Below are positions 14,021-26,266 of a DNA stretch of 64,000 bases, piece after piece; positions within the stretch are counted from its first letter, which is position 1; each line of letters starts with the position of its first letter. The notes beneath the pieces were generated by a model. That model was not told where the DNA came from and ran no database searches. It saw only the letters and a program-made list of their open reading frames with translations. The position numbers and the translations under genes are program-made. The stretch lies in the NCBI GenBank assembly GCA_951406725.2, contig OX597834.1, forward strand, positions 37,386,001-37,450,000, read 5' to 3'. This stretch comes from Octopus vulgaris. Lineage: Eukaryota.

Positions 14021-14643
14021 ATATCTATGTGCATATATGCATATATAAATATATACACATATACAAATATATACACATATCTATGTGCATATATGCATAT
14101 ACAAATATATACACATACAAATATATACACATATCTATGTGCATATATGCATATACAAATATATACATATACAAATATATACACATATCTATGTGCATAT
14201 ATGCATATACAAATATATACACATACAAATATATACACATATCTATGTGCATATATGCACTTACAAATATATACACATACAAATATATACACATATCTAT
14301 GTGCATATATGCATATACAAATATATACATATACAAATATATACACATATCTATGTGCATATATGCATATACAAATATATACATATACAAATATATACAC
14401 ATATCTATGTGCATATATGCATATACAAATATATACACATACAAATATATACACATATCTATGTGCATATATGCATATACAAATATATACATATACAAAT
14501 ATATACACATATCTATGTGCATATATGCATATACAAATATATACACATACAAATATATACACATCTATGTGCATATATGCATATACAAATATATACACAT
14601 ACAAATATATACACATATCTATGTGCATATATGCATATACAAA
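14021..14643. repeat. 54-bp minisatellite, about 11 near-identical units
   Basis: Unit atatctatgtgcatatatgcatatacaaatatataca(c/t)atacaaatatatacac. Confidence 0.92.
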
Positions 14644-15479
14644 TGCAAAAACATGGACGTATGTATGCACTAACAGATGTATACACATGAATGCACGTAA
14701 GTATATATGCACATGCATGCACACATATAAATACATTGATGTGTGCATGCATAGTACATGCATTCATATGCACACACAAGTGTATAGATATATGCATACA
14801 CATGTACAGATACATGGACATATGTATGCATGAGTACAATCACAAACATGCACAAATGCATGTATGTACACATGAAAAGATGCACAACACTTACACATAT
14901 ATGCACACATGCATATATATATATGCACATATATGCATACATATATGCACATATATGCATACATTCACACATATGCACACACATATATACAGACATATGC
15001 TCATATGCACACACAAGCACACACACACATATATATACAGACATGTATGCACACACAAGCACACACAAACACACATGTATGCACACTTACACACAGCACA
15101 CATACCAGTGCACAAGCAAACACACATGTATGCACACATGCACACAGAACACATACTTACTTGTGCACGCACAAATGCACACACACACACACACACACAC
15201 ACAAGGACACACTCCTGTGCATACAGGGAAAGTGATTTTTTTAGCGGATATCTGGCAAACGAAGTCAGGCAAATGTTTGTGATGAGTGTGGCCAACTTGT
15301 GATCAATGAAAGCCATCTTATTTGGGAGGAAACAGTGAACAGCAATCAGTGTGGCAGATGCTACAGAATTTAATCCAAACAAGAAACTTTATTAATCTAT
15401 CAGCAGTCTGTCTGTGTGTTTATGTGTATATCTATCTTCCAACAAATAAATAAATAATTACACACACACACATACCTGA

Positions 15480-16400
15480 TTCACAAAAGGGATAGAGATA
15501 CACAAAAGCCATAAAATGTGACAAACGATGCAGACTTTGTGGAATTAACACCAAAGATATCACCCACATCATAAACAGTTGTCCGAAAATGTCATCACTG
15601 TCTTATCTACTGATGAAACAGGATGCTGTAGCTAGGGCACTGTATAATGAAATCCATCTGAAGGATAACCTCGAGAACAAAGAAATAAGAACCCACAGTA
15701 TGGTTGAAGCTATAGCAATGCATAATGAAAAGGAATACTGGTGGAATGTCCTGATGAAGACCTCGATAAAATGTAAGCACAACAGACCTGGTATAATGAT
15801 TTGGGATAGAGAAGAGAAACTGTGTACAGTTGTAGAAATTAGCTGCCCAGCAGATGTTAACATAAAACTGAAGATCCATGAAAAAGATCTTCACTGAACT
15901 ATTGAGAAATCTGCAGTTACTCTATCCTGATTAGAAGTTCACATTTATACCTGTAATTATTGGGGCACTAATATATGTAATACACTGCCTAAATACCAAT
16001 CTTGAGAAATTAGGCTTCTAAAATCCAGAAAGGTGAAAGCTAATTCGAAGACTACAGATCCAATCCATCACTGGAACTGTAAAAGTCTGTAAAACTTTCT
16101 AGAAGTTTGTCATTTAAATATATATAAGCATGTCTAGATATGCAAATATATACATGAGACATACATAAAGCAAAACATACAAATCTGCACATATACATAT
16201 ATACATACATACATATGTACATGCATGCACACATAAATACATACATACATACATACATACATACATACATACATACATACATACATACATACATACATAC
16301 ATACATACCTTGTTGTTGATATTGAAATTCCAATGAAGGAGCCTTGGATCTAGGTTAGAAACTGGCTCTTTCTCTATTGGCAAATCTTGAAATAAGACTG
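15480..16400 (+). mobile_element. 5'-truncated non-LTR retrotransposon with CCHC knuckle and restriction-like endonuclease (R4/Dong/NeSL-like group), plus 3' UTR
   Basis: CRLCGINTKDITHIINSC (CCHC), KQDAVARALY (RHD.V-like), KHNRPGIMIWDREEKLCTVVEISCP (RPD..D..E..P), FIPVIIGAL; frameshift near 15890 and in-frame stops; the 3' UTR boundary is approximate. Confidence 0.8.
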
Positions 16401-16630
16401 ACCAATGAAATGGTGGTTGTCTACTCCTTATGCAGAGTTTGATCACCTCTTGTACTTACACCATAGAACCATCATGGCATCTGATGTGGCTTTTTAAACC
16501 AATGTTTTGATAAGACACCCACATAGATTGCATATCTGATTTGGACCTTCTTGCATACATTGCATAAAATGATATACATACATACGTACGTACATACATA
16601 CATACATACATACATACATACATACATACA

Positions 16631-16662
<32 letters not shown>

Positions 16663-16681
16663 CATACACATATTGCACATA

Positions 16682-18101
16682 CAAGGTGGGCTGAAAAGTT
16701 CATAGACTGTTTGTGAATGATTGATGTTGTGACCAAACTGTGAAATCCTGCACGATTTAATCTCTTATTAATGATTGCCTTGTTTTCGTCCAGATGAACA
16801 AACATTTAACTCTTCAAAGAAGACTTCTCAAGTAACTAGTAATGATTTCTCTTGAAAATGGACAAAATTTTACATTGCAGTCTTACCAATTACCCACAGA
16901 AAAAGGGATTTAGTCCCCAAGGACGTTCATGCTGACATAGTTGCTACATTAGGGGATGATGCTCATGGCTGGCCAAATTTAGGAGAGGAAGGGAGAGTCT
17001 TGAAGATGACCCAAGGCCTGAATGTCCTTCAACTGTCACCACCAAGGAAAACATTGATTGTGTTCACCACATCTTGATGGATCACTGATGATAGATGATA
17101 AATCAAATAGCCAGATGATAGATGATAAATCAAATAGCCAATGCAATTAGAATATCCCATGAGAGACTCAATTTATTCTGCACAATGAACTTGGCATGAT
17201 TAAGGTTTCTGCTTGGTGGGTGCCATGTCCTCTGACACCTCATCAAAAGAACATCAGGCTGATCAGAGCATGGGTAAATCTGACATTGTTTGAGGCAGAT
17301 CCAGCTAGTTTCCTTTAACATTTCCTAACCCAGGATGAGTGTTGGGTTCATCGCTTTGAGCCAGAGACAAAAGACAATCCATGCAATAGAAATACACCTC
17401 CTCACCTTCTCCAAGGAGGGTTAAGGTCGTTTCATCTACAGGAAGGGTGACAGCTTAAGTTTTTTGGGATGCAAAAGGCATTGTGTTTATTGACTATGTT
17501 CAAAAAGGCCACACCCTCAATGGAGGGTACTATATCAGTTTGCTAAGGCAGTTACAAAAGATAAGGGTGGAATGAGAGATGCCATGCTGTATGGGAGTGA
17601 GACATGATGTCTGAGGGAGAGAGAGAGATGGTACTTTTGAGAAGGACCGAGAGAGTAATGGTAGGAGAAATGTGTGGAGTGAAGCTGTTTAATAAGAGGA
17701 GGACTGAGGAATTGATGGGGATGCTGAGGTTTGAGGAACTGATGGAACAACTGGCGAATGGAGTGCAGTGGTATGGGTATGTGTTGAGGAGAGATGAAAA
17801 GCATGTTCTGAGGAGGGTGCTTGAGTTTTAGATAAACGGACCACGAAAGTAAGGTAGACCAAGGAAAACATTGAGGGGACAGGTGGAAGATGAGATTGGG
17901 AGGGTTGGCTTGAGAAGGGAGGACACCCAAAAACGGGCAAGATGGTGAAATGGTGTGAGGGCGGTTGCTAATGCATTGAGATAGATCCGGTCACCCTTGT
18001 TAGTGGGGACAAAACCCAGATTTAAAACACTGGATGATCATGATGATCAAGACCAAAACCAAATACCCAGGAAAACTGAGGAAAGGGGTCTTGTTTCATC
18101 A
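16682..18101 (+). mobile_element. Mariner (DD34D-type) transposase relic, split by an RTE LINE insertion
   Basis: TA-CAAGGTGGGCTGAAAAGTT terminus; peptides KFRRGRESLEDDPRP, LHNELGMIKVSAWWVP, FLTQDECWVHRFEPETK, VFWDAKGIVFIDYVQKGHTLNGGYYISLLRQLQK up to about 17560, resuming TKYPGKLRKGVLFHH at about 18046-18101; contains a 27-bp tandem duplication at 17087-17140. Confidence 0.85.
17561..18047 (+). mobile_element. RTE-clade LINE 3' fragment with short (GAT)n tail, nested in the mariner
   Basis: AMLYGSET*CL, RRTERVMVGEMCGVKL, VQWYGYVLRRDEKHVLRRVLEF, GRPRKT: typical RTE post-RT C-terminus; ends gatgatcatgatgat. Confidence 0.85.
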
Positions 18102-18581
18102 TGCAGTGGTACTGAACCTGGGACCATGTGCTTGGGAAGCAAACTTCTTACCACACAGCCACGCCTTTGTATATATATAAAAAATATATGATAGTGCTGA
18201 TAATTGGAGCATACTTGATCATAGGTCTACTGGATGAGAGCTGACCTTGGGCTAAACAACTACAATAGCACCTGTACAAATGCCTATTGTGATGAAAAGA
18301 TGCTAATATCCTATAGTAAGCACCTTTGGAAATCTGAATTACCTGGTATACAAAAAAAAAACCCAATAGTTTTGTGCATCTAATTTTCACACCTAAAGTG
18401 TGCATACAAACATTAACAATTACATTAATTAATTATGTTATTAATTAATTAATTAATTAATTAGATAATTAATTGAAATAGCAAACAACAACAATAATAA
18501 TAATACTAATAACAATAATAATGATAAGAATAATTATGATTATAGTTATACTAAAACTACTACTACTACTACTACTACTAC

Positions 18582-18612
<31 letters not shown>

Positions 18613-18943
18613 TTTAATAATAATAACAGTGAAGTTTATAATGATAGTGACATTGATAATGTATCATATATAAAATTTAAAAAAAAATTTAGATTGTTAA
18701 TACGAAACTACAGATATTTACATAGTCAGTCTACATTTTTCATATATGAAATGTATTTTTTTTATTTCTTTCAGTTATTTCACTGTGGCCATGCTGGAGC
18801 ACTGCATTTAGTCGACCAAAGTCGACCCCCAAGACTTATTTTTATGTTTTTTTGATTTATTATTAGTGTTGTTTAATATGTTTTGCTAAAATTGTTGTTT
18901 CTTTTTCGATATCATCAGAAAAAGGTAATTAAAATTCATTAAA

Positions 18944-19133
18944 ATGACAGGTCTATCAGACTTTCAAAGAGGTCAAATTGTTAGTGCTCGTATGGCAGGT
19001 GCTAGAGTGACGAAACAGCCGAAATGTTTGGTGTATTAAGAAGTACTCTCTTGAAAGTAATGACAGCCTTTCAAAAAGTGGAAAAAAACCCATGTGTTGA
19101 AACAAAACTCTGGAAGAAAACCAAAACTTTCAG
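18944..19133 (+). mobile_element. Tc1-like transposase N-terminal (paired-like HTH) fragment
   Basis: MTGLSDFQRGQIVSARMAGARVTK/AEMFGVLRSTLLKVMTAFQK...KQNSGRKPKLS with one frameshift. Confidence 0.75.
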
Positions 19134-19775
19134 TTAGGGTCCAGGATTCAAACTCACAACCTCATGATTATATGCTCGACACTCTAACCACTGAGCCATG
19201 CGCCTTCACACACACACATATATATATGAATAAATCCATCAATCTATCTATCTATCTGTCTGTCTGTCTGTCTCTCTGCCTACATTCATAAGCATGATTT
19301 TAATATCAAATTACATGTATATATATTTATATAAAATACATTTTATAAATACAAAATTTATGTTATATGTAAATAAAGAAATATTCACATGTATTTATAT
19401 ATGCATATATATATATTTATATGTGTTTGAGTGTATGTGTGTGTATATATATATATATATATATAATAAATTATTTTTTAAAAAATCAATCTTTTATCAT
19501 TGGTTTCAAGGAAGACATTAAAATCATTTTTTCCTTTGTTTTCTCTTTGTTATAAAATGTTTCCAAGCCAACATACACACACACACACACATATATATAT
19601 ATACAAATATATATATATACATGCATACATACATATATATATATATACATGCATACATATATATATATATATATATACATACATATATATATATATATAA
19701 TATATATATATATATGCATACATACATATATATATATATATATATGCATACATACATATATATATATATATACAT

Positions 19776-19845
<70 letters not shown>

Positions 19846-19884
19846 CATAATAATAATATATATACGCATACATATATATATATA

Positions 19885-19916
<32 letters not shown>

Positions 19917-20888
19917 CACACACACATACTATACATACATACATACATACATATGCATACATATATATATATATAAATGTAAATAGCATCAAATACTGGC
20001 TGTGAATTGATCTTACTGTAAACACCAGATTATAATTGCAAATGTAGTTGAAAATATACACAAACAAGTTTTATACACACTACAAACGCATTATATAGAC
20101 CTATGTGTGTACTTACATGTGCATCTATGTATATGTGGATATGTATATTTGTATATAAATGCAAGTGAGTTTATGTGTGTGTATGTTTGTGTGCATGCAT
20201 CCAAGCATGTGTGTATGTGTATGCAAAAAATATGTGTTTACAAATATATATATAAGCATGTGTGAGTCTATGTCTGTATGTGTGCATGTGTATAAGTGCA
20301 CATGTCCTGAAACACAGATTTATTTACATAAATTAATGCATACTTATCTAAACACCATTTATATATGTAGACGTCTATATACACCTATGATATACACCGT
20401 TATATATACATTCAGGCAAACATAGAGAAATATATAGACAGGCTATGTATATGTATACATGAACATATATGCATGTATATACATACATACGTGCAGACAT
20501 TCGTTAGAAACTACCTGTTCGACATTCTTGATTGGTGAGTAATTTGAAAAATAAAACTTGATGAACATACAATGTGTGTGTATGTATGTATATATATATA
20601 TCTATATATAAATATATATACACACACACACAGAGACTCATACATACACCTATATGCACAACCATACATACATGCACATATATACAACACATAAACATTC
20701 GCACACACACACATATATATTTCCACATCACATACATAGTGCATGTATATCTATCTATCTATCCATCTGTCTATCTATCTATCTATCTGTCTACCTATCT
20801 ATCTATCTGTCTGTCTATCTATCTGTCTTTCTGTCACTCTTCCTACATTCATATATATATAATTCTAATTTCAAATCATATGTATATA

Positions 20889-20928
<40 letters not shown>

Positions 20929-21038
20929 CACATACACAAAACACTTAAGTACACATATACATAAAACACACAACCATTCTCAAACACACACACACAAGAG
21001 ACACATGCATTATACACTCACACACAAACACACACACA

Positions 21039-21092
<54 letters not shown>

Positions 21093-21279
21093 CACACACA
21101 CACAGCTTGCCTAGCTGTTTTGCAATAATTATTAACTATGATTGTTGTATAGGGTCTGGTTAAGTTCCGTACAATTATGCCTTCCATTGCCATTCCCAGT
21201 TCCTGCATCCCTCTTTATATATTCACCCAAACTTCAGCCCCCATAATATGTGCCACTGTTGTGCCCTCACTCCACCAAT

Positions 21280-21995
21280 TCCTCCTACCACTATCACCAC
21301 TATGACCACTACTGTTCTGTTGCCACCCCCACAATTAAAGTTCTTGCCACTACCACAACCTTTGCTATCACCAAGACCACCATCACCATCACTACTGCTA
21401 CTACCCGTCACCACCACCACCACCACCACCACTGCCAACATCACCAACACTGCCACCACTATCACCAGCACCATTGGCAACACCACCAACATCACCACCA
21501 CCACTACCAACATCACCAACAGTGCCACCACTATCATCAGCATCATCGGCATCATCATCAGCAGCAGCACCACCACCACCACTGCGACCACCACCATCAC
21601 TGCCACCACTATCACTGCAACTACAACCACCACCATCACCATCACCACCGGTACCACTATGGTTCACCACCATCAGTACCACCATCGCCACCACTGTCCA
21701 ACATCACTGTTGCCACCACTTTGGTTTACCATTAACACCACCATCACCACTACAACCACTACCACCACCACCACCACCACCACTACCATCAATCCATTGC
21801 CACTATTGCTACCACTACCCACCACTGTCTGCATTGCTTTCACCACCACCACCACCACCACCACCACTACCATCAATCCATTGCTATCACTACCCACCAC
21901 TGTCTGCATTGCGATCACCACCACCACCACTACCACCACCGCCACCACCACCACCATCAACACCACAACCACCACCACAACCATCACCACAGACC
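21280..21995. repeat. Cryptic (ACC/ATC)n triplet-repeat field
   Basis: Degenerate caccac/catcac runs; similar fields at 32165-32510, 34140-34555 (GGT), 46695-48240 (GGT/GAT), 60790-61015. Confidence 0.9.
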
Positions 21996-22407
21996 ATGTT
22001 CTTTTACCAATTTATTTCTTCAAGGCAAGTGTTAGGATTGGAAATTGGATTTCTATAATTCTGCGTTTTCCTAACTTTTTGGTGAAATTATTGTAATGAA
22101 ACTATTGTTGTTGTTGTTGCTGTTGTCTCTAGCAACATACATCACCTGTTATGTTGTTGAGATATCATTACATAGAGCGCAATCATATGGGTTTTCTGAT
22201 TTTTCATGCGTACGTACATACACACATACATATTTAAACATTATAAATAATATATATACATATATACACACATATATTGCCAGTAAATTATAATGTGTGT
22301 GTGTGTATGCATATATGTATGAAGCATATATTTATGTATATGTTTATATAAATGTATGTAATATATGTGTGTGTGTATATATGTGTGTGTGTATGTATGT
22401 ATGTATG

Positions 22408-22449
<42 letters not shown>

Positions 22450-22539
22450 CACATTCATGTGTATGTGTATCTCTCTCTCTCTCTGTATATATGTATTATT
22501 TACATTTGACGGATATTTGTCCTCATCTTGTTTGCTGTT

Positions 22540-22585
22540 AACACAACGTTTCAGCTGATATACCCTCCAGCCTTCATTGGGTGTC
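22540..22585 (-). ncRNA. Degenerate second copy of the minimal hammerhead (core mutated to CCAAUGA)
   Basis: Reverse complement reads GACAC-CCAATGA-AGGCTGGAGGGTATATCAGCT-GAAACGTTGTGTT; lies in the left arm of the 22495-22830 inverted repeat. Confidence 0.55.
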
Positions 22586-22638
22586 TTGGGGGAAATTTCA
22601 AACCTGGGTTCTCATTCCTAAGGTATTTTTCGATATTA

Positions 22639-22677
<39 letters not shown>

Positions 22678-22740
22678 TTAATAATAATAACATCGAAAAA
22701 AGCACCTTAGGAATGAGAATCCAGGTTCGAAATTTCCCCA

Positions 22741-22786
22741 GACACCTGATGAAGGCTGGAGGGTATATCAGCCGAAACGTTGTGTT
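22741..22786 (+). ncRNA. Minimal type I hammerhead ribozyme motif of the Penelope-like-element (PLE) kind
   Basis: GACAC-CTGATGA-A-GGCTG(GAGGGTATAT)CAGCC-GAAACGTT-GTGTT: stem I GACAC/GTGTT, intact CUGAUGA and GAAA, palindromic AACGTT in place of stem III. Confidence 0.7.
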
Positions 22787-22909
22787 AATAGCAAACAAGA
22801 TGAGGACAAATATCTGTCGAATGTAAATAATGAAAATAATGTATATAATTCCTCATCTCTTAAATATAGAACTGTAATATATATATATATATATATAGAG
22901 TATGCTAGC

Positions 22910-23182
22910 AAGACCGCTACAGATCCACTTCAAAAGTCTCCTTTTAAATGGAAGACTCCCCATAAGGTCAAATGAAAGCATGTCTTACCCATAAAGAGGT
23001 GGGAGAGTGGATGCTTAAATTATAGGCCTGTTTCTCTAACCTCTCATGTCAGCAATGCTATGGAACACACCATCCGAAGGAAGTTGATAATACTCCTTGA
23101 AGATAAGGACTTGATCTCTGACACCCAGCATAGCTTCTGCTCAGGAAGAAGCAGCCTTACACAGCTTCCGTAGCATTATGAC
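22910..23182 (+). mobile_element. CR1/L2-group LINE reverse-transcriptase N-terminal fragment
   Basis: NYRPVSLTSHVSNAMEHTIRRKLIILLEDKDLISDTQHSFCSGRSSLTQLP*HYD corresponds to NYRPISLTS...QHGFR.GRSC.TQL. Confidence 0.8.
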
Positions 23183-23271
23183 TCAGTTTCAGCATGGTTT
23201 CTATTGCTGGGTGCCTTTCCTAACACAATCACCTCACAGAAAGTACTGGGTGCTTTTTAAAAAATTTTTTT

Positions 23272-23474
23272 TTTACTTGTTTCAGTCATTTGACTGTAGC
23301 CATGCTGGAGCACCGCCTTTTTTAATCGAGCAACTCGACCCCGGGACTTATTCTTTTGTAAGCCCAATACTTGTTCTATCGGTCTCTTTTGCCGAACCGC
23401 TAAGTGACGGAGACATAAACACACTAGCATCGGTTGTCAAGCAATGCTAGGGGGGACAAACACAGACACACGCG

Positions 23475-23536
<62 letters not shown>

Positions 23537-23702
23537 TATGACGGGCTTCTTTCAGTTTCCGTCTACCAAATCCACTCACAAGGCTTTGGTCGGCCCGGGG
23601 CTATAGCAGAAGACACTTGTCCAAGGTGCCACGAAGTGGAACTGAACCCGGAACCATGTGGTTGGTAAACAAGCTACTTACCACACAGCCACTCCTGCAC
23701 CT
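23272..23702 (-). mobile_element. SINE family A copy
   Basis: Near-complete reverse complement of 30107-30525. Confidence 0.85.
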
Positions 23703-24027
23703 AAGTACTGGGTCCTTTTTTTTTCCCCAGGGCCCCAACACCAGTGAAGCTACCTTGAAACTTGTTTGGACACTTGCCGAATTCAGTTAATTACAAAACT
23801 TCTACAGACTATTGAACTGTTTAGCATAAAATCTACCTAAAAATAAATGTTTAATTGCGTAGTTTTATTTTTTAAATAAAACAAAATTAATCGATAAGAT
23901 GTAGCATAAAATCAAACATTGATTTGATTTGATATGCATAAATTTTTTCTGGAAGTTTCTGTTTTCTAGAAGTTTCTGTTTTCACAATGGGTTAAAATAC
24001 CAATAGTCAATATTTCATGTTTGCAAA

Positions 24028-24672
24028 TAGGCATGGCTGCATGGTAAGACGTTTGCTTCCTAATCACTTGGCTTTGCGTTCAGTTTTCGTGCATGGCACC
24101 TTGGGGAGCTGTCTTCTACAATAACCTCAGCCCAACCAAGACCATGTAAGGGGATTTGGTAGAGAGAAAGTGAAAGTAACCAACCACATATATCTATACA
24201 TACATATATACCAGTGGTTTTCAACCAGGGTTCCACGGAACCTTAGGGTTCCGCCAGTACAGTCCAGGGGTTCCGCAAGAAGTTACAAAACTGCTAAAAT
24301 CAGCAGTAATTTTTCATTCTCCTGTGCAGATATGTGTGCATAAGACTATTAAATTATTTCACAGGGGTTCCTCAAGCCAGTGGAATGTTTCCTTGGGGTT
24401 CCACTCCAGCAAAAAGGTTGAAAAGCACTGATATATACATATGCGTGCGTGTGTGTGTGTGTGTGTGTGTGATTGTTGTGTTTGTCCCTCATTAGAGCTT
24501 GCCAATCATAGTTGGTTTATTTATGTCCTAGTAACTTAGCAGTTCAGCAAAAGAAACTAATAGAATAAGTATCAGGCTTGAAAAATAAGTACTGAGGTTG
24601 ATTTGTTTAACTAAACTCTCCAAGACAGTGCCCCAGCTTGGCCACAGTCCAATAACTGAAAAAGGCAAAAGA
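24028..24672 (+). mobile_element. SINE family A copy interrupted by the hAT MITE
   Basis: Head ggcatggctgcatggtaagacg at 24030; tail gtgccccagcttggccacagtccaataactgaaa at about 24630-24660. Confidence 0.75.
24212..24430. mobile_element. 219-bp hAT (Charlie-like) MITE with 8-bp TSD, inserted in a SINE
   Basis: TIRs CAGTGGTTTTCAACC / GGTTGAAAAGCACTG; flanking direct repeat ATATATAC at 24204-24211 and 24431-24438; internal GGGTTCC subterminal repeats. Confidence 0.9.
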
Positions 24673-25009
24673 AAGGACTGATGCTAAAGTTATTCTTACC
24701 ATTCCAATGAATCAAAGACTCAAGAGTTTGTCTTATCCTAAATTACATCATTCAGCAAATACATTTTTCCATTGGATACAGAGTTTGAATCAAGATGCTG
24801 ATGTTTATCTTAACCGGTTATTGACTTAATTAAATATTTCTTAACTCACGTGACCCTGGCTGTTGTCATTGACTAATTCAAAATGCCGTCATTTATTTGT
24901 CTATCAATCAATTGATCGATTGGTTGATAAATAGACAAACAGACAGATTTATGAATTGATGAATGGACAGCTATTGAAGTGTTCGACTTTTGATTGATCA
25001 GACTTATCG

Positions 25010-25501
25010 TTTACTTGTTGCAGTCATTGGGCTGTGGCCATGCTGGGGCACCACGTTGAATGGCTTTTAGTCAAATGGATCAACCTTGGTACTTTTTTTT
25101 TTTTAAAGCTTGGTATTTGTTCTATCAGTCTATTTTGCCGAACTGCTAAGTTACGGACACATACAACAAACCAACACCAGTTCACAAGGAGTGGAAACAC
25201 ATATACAATCACACACACACACACACACACAGATATACACAAGCACATACACAATCACACACACACAAAGGTATACACACACACACAAAGGTACACACAC
25301 ACACAAAGATACACACACACATAAAGATACACACACATACACACAAGATGGGCTTCTTTTCTTTCTAAGTCCACTGACAGAGCTTTGGTCAGCCTGAGAT
25401 TATAGTAGAAGTTACTTGCTGAAGGAGCCACACAGTGGGACTGAACCTGGAACCATGTGGTTGGAAAGCAAGTTCCTTACCACACAGCCATGTCTGAGCC
25501 T
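25010..25501 (-). mobile_element. SINE family A copy
   Basis: ttacttgttgcagtcattgggctgtggccatgctggggcacc ... ttaccacacagccatgtctg. Confidence 0.8.
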
Positions 25502-25516
25502 ATACGCATAAATTCA

Positions 25517-25754
25517 GTAACCCTTTCGTTACCATATTTCTGTCAAAATATGCTGCTTTTAGTTCAATTAATTTTGAACATAATGGGGAATTCAGTAAAA
25601 TGAATTTGTTGTAATTAATTAAGCCGGTGTTTAGAACCTAAATTAACATGAAATTTTAATGGCAAGCTTTAATTTAGATTGGTTTTAAACATGGAATGCT
25701 TATTATAGAATTAACCAGGGGTGGTCTCTGGTGGATTGGGATCACGAGGGTTAA
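25517..25754. mobile_element. Diverged, oppositely oriented relative of the piggyBac-type MITE
   Basis: GTAA-CCCTTTCGTTACCATATTTCTGT...GAGGG-TTAA; the left end is the reverse complement of ACAGAAATATAGTAACAAAAGGG at 49449-49471. Confidence 0.6.
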
Positions 25755-25819
25755 CAAGAATTGTGTTAACAGGGACTTTGAAGTTTTACTCTGCTTAGCC
25801 TTCATTGGATTTAACCTTC

Positions 25820-25864
25820 ATAGTCTGATGAAGGCAACGCAGGCCGAAACTTCGCAGTCACTGT
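25820..25864 (+). ncRNA. Type I hammerhead ribozyme motif with canonical core and GUC cleavage triplet
   Basis: ATAGT-CTGATGA-A-GGC(AACGCAG)GCC-GAAAC(TTCGCA)GTC-ACTGT: stem I ATAGT/ACTGT, core CUGAUGA 25825-25831, stem II GGC/GCC, GAAA 25846-25849, short stem III AC/GT, predicted cut after C25859. Confidence 0.7.
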
Positions 25865-26266
25865 CAACACTCTTGTAAAAAATAATCTTTTCTTCTCAAG
25901 GCACAAAGCCTGAAATTTTTGGAGAGTTGGGGGTAGCCGATTAGATTGACTCCAGTGCATGATTGGTAATTAATTTATCGACCTTGAAAGGATGAACGAC
26001 AAAGTTGACCTTAGCGGAATTTGATCTCAGAACATAAAGACAGACGAAATATCGCTAAGCATTTCACCTGGTGTGCTAACATTTCTGCCAGCTCGCCACC
26101 TTCTTGTTAAAAGATAATAAAATGTACTGTGTATACTACAAAAAGCTTTGAGTAATCCTTCAGTTTGATGCAAAACTAATCGTTACCCATCACTATGCTG
26201 TCGGGTAATGACCTAATCAAGATGAAATAGATCCTTTCGTAGAAACCTTCAACAATGATACGTAAA

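Larger units (their letters stand above)
22495..22830. mobile_element. Inverted pair of about 150-bp repeats around a (TTA)n/(TAA)n centre; probable inverted PLE pseudo-LTRs or fold-back element
   Basis: Left arm ttatttacatttgacggatatttgtcctcatcttgtttg...cctaaggtattttttcgat is the reverse complement, with scattered mismatches, of right arm atcgaaaaaagcaccttagg...caaacaagatgaggacaaatatctgtcgaatgtaaataa; each arm carries a hammerhead motif. Confidence 0.75.

Noticed and set aside
10575-15382. Long [12 protein letters not shown] ORFs (100-300 aa), here and throughout the window
   Set aside because: Translations of (TA)n, (CA)n, (TACA)n and the 54-bp minisatellite; open in several frames and on both strands.
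15610-15770. Additional hammerheads at other CTGATGA/CTGAAGA hits (15610, 15752, 11530, 32095, 4404)
   Set aside because: No stem II hairpin followed by GAAA and no stem I pairing.
21223-22096. Mucin-like, poly-Thr, poly-Val or Gly-rich ORFs (also 32047-32520, 34114-34648, 46664-48304, 60728-61199)
   Set aside because: Cryptic (ACC/GGT)n triplet fields open in many frames, with no splice signals or domain motifs.
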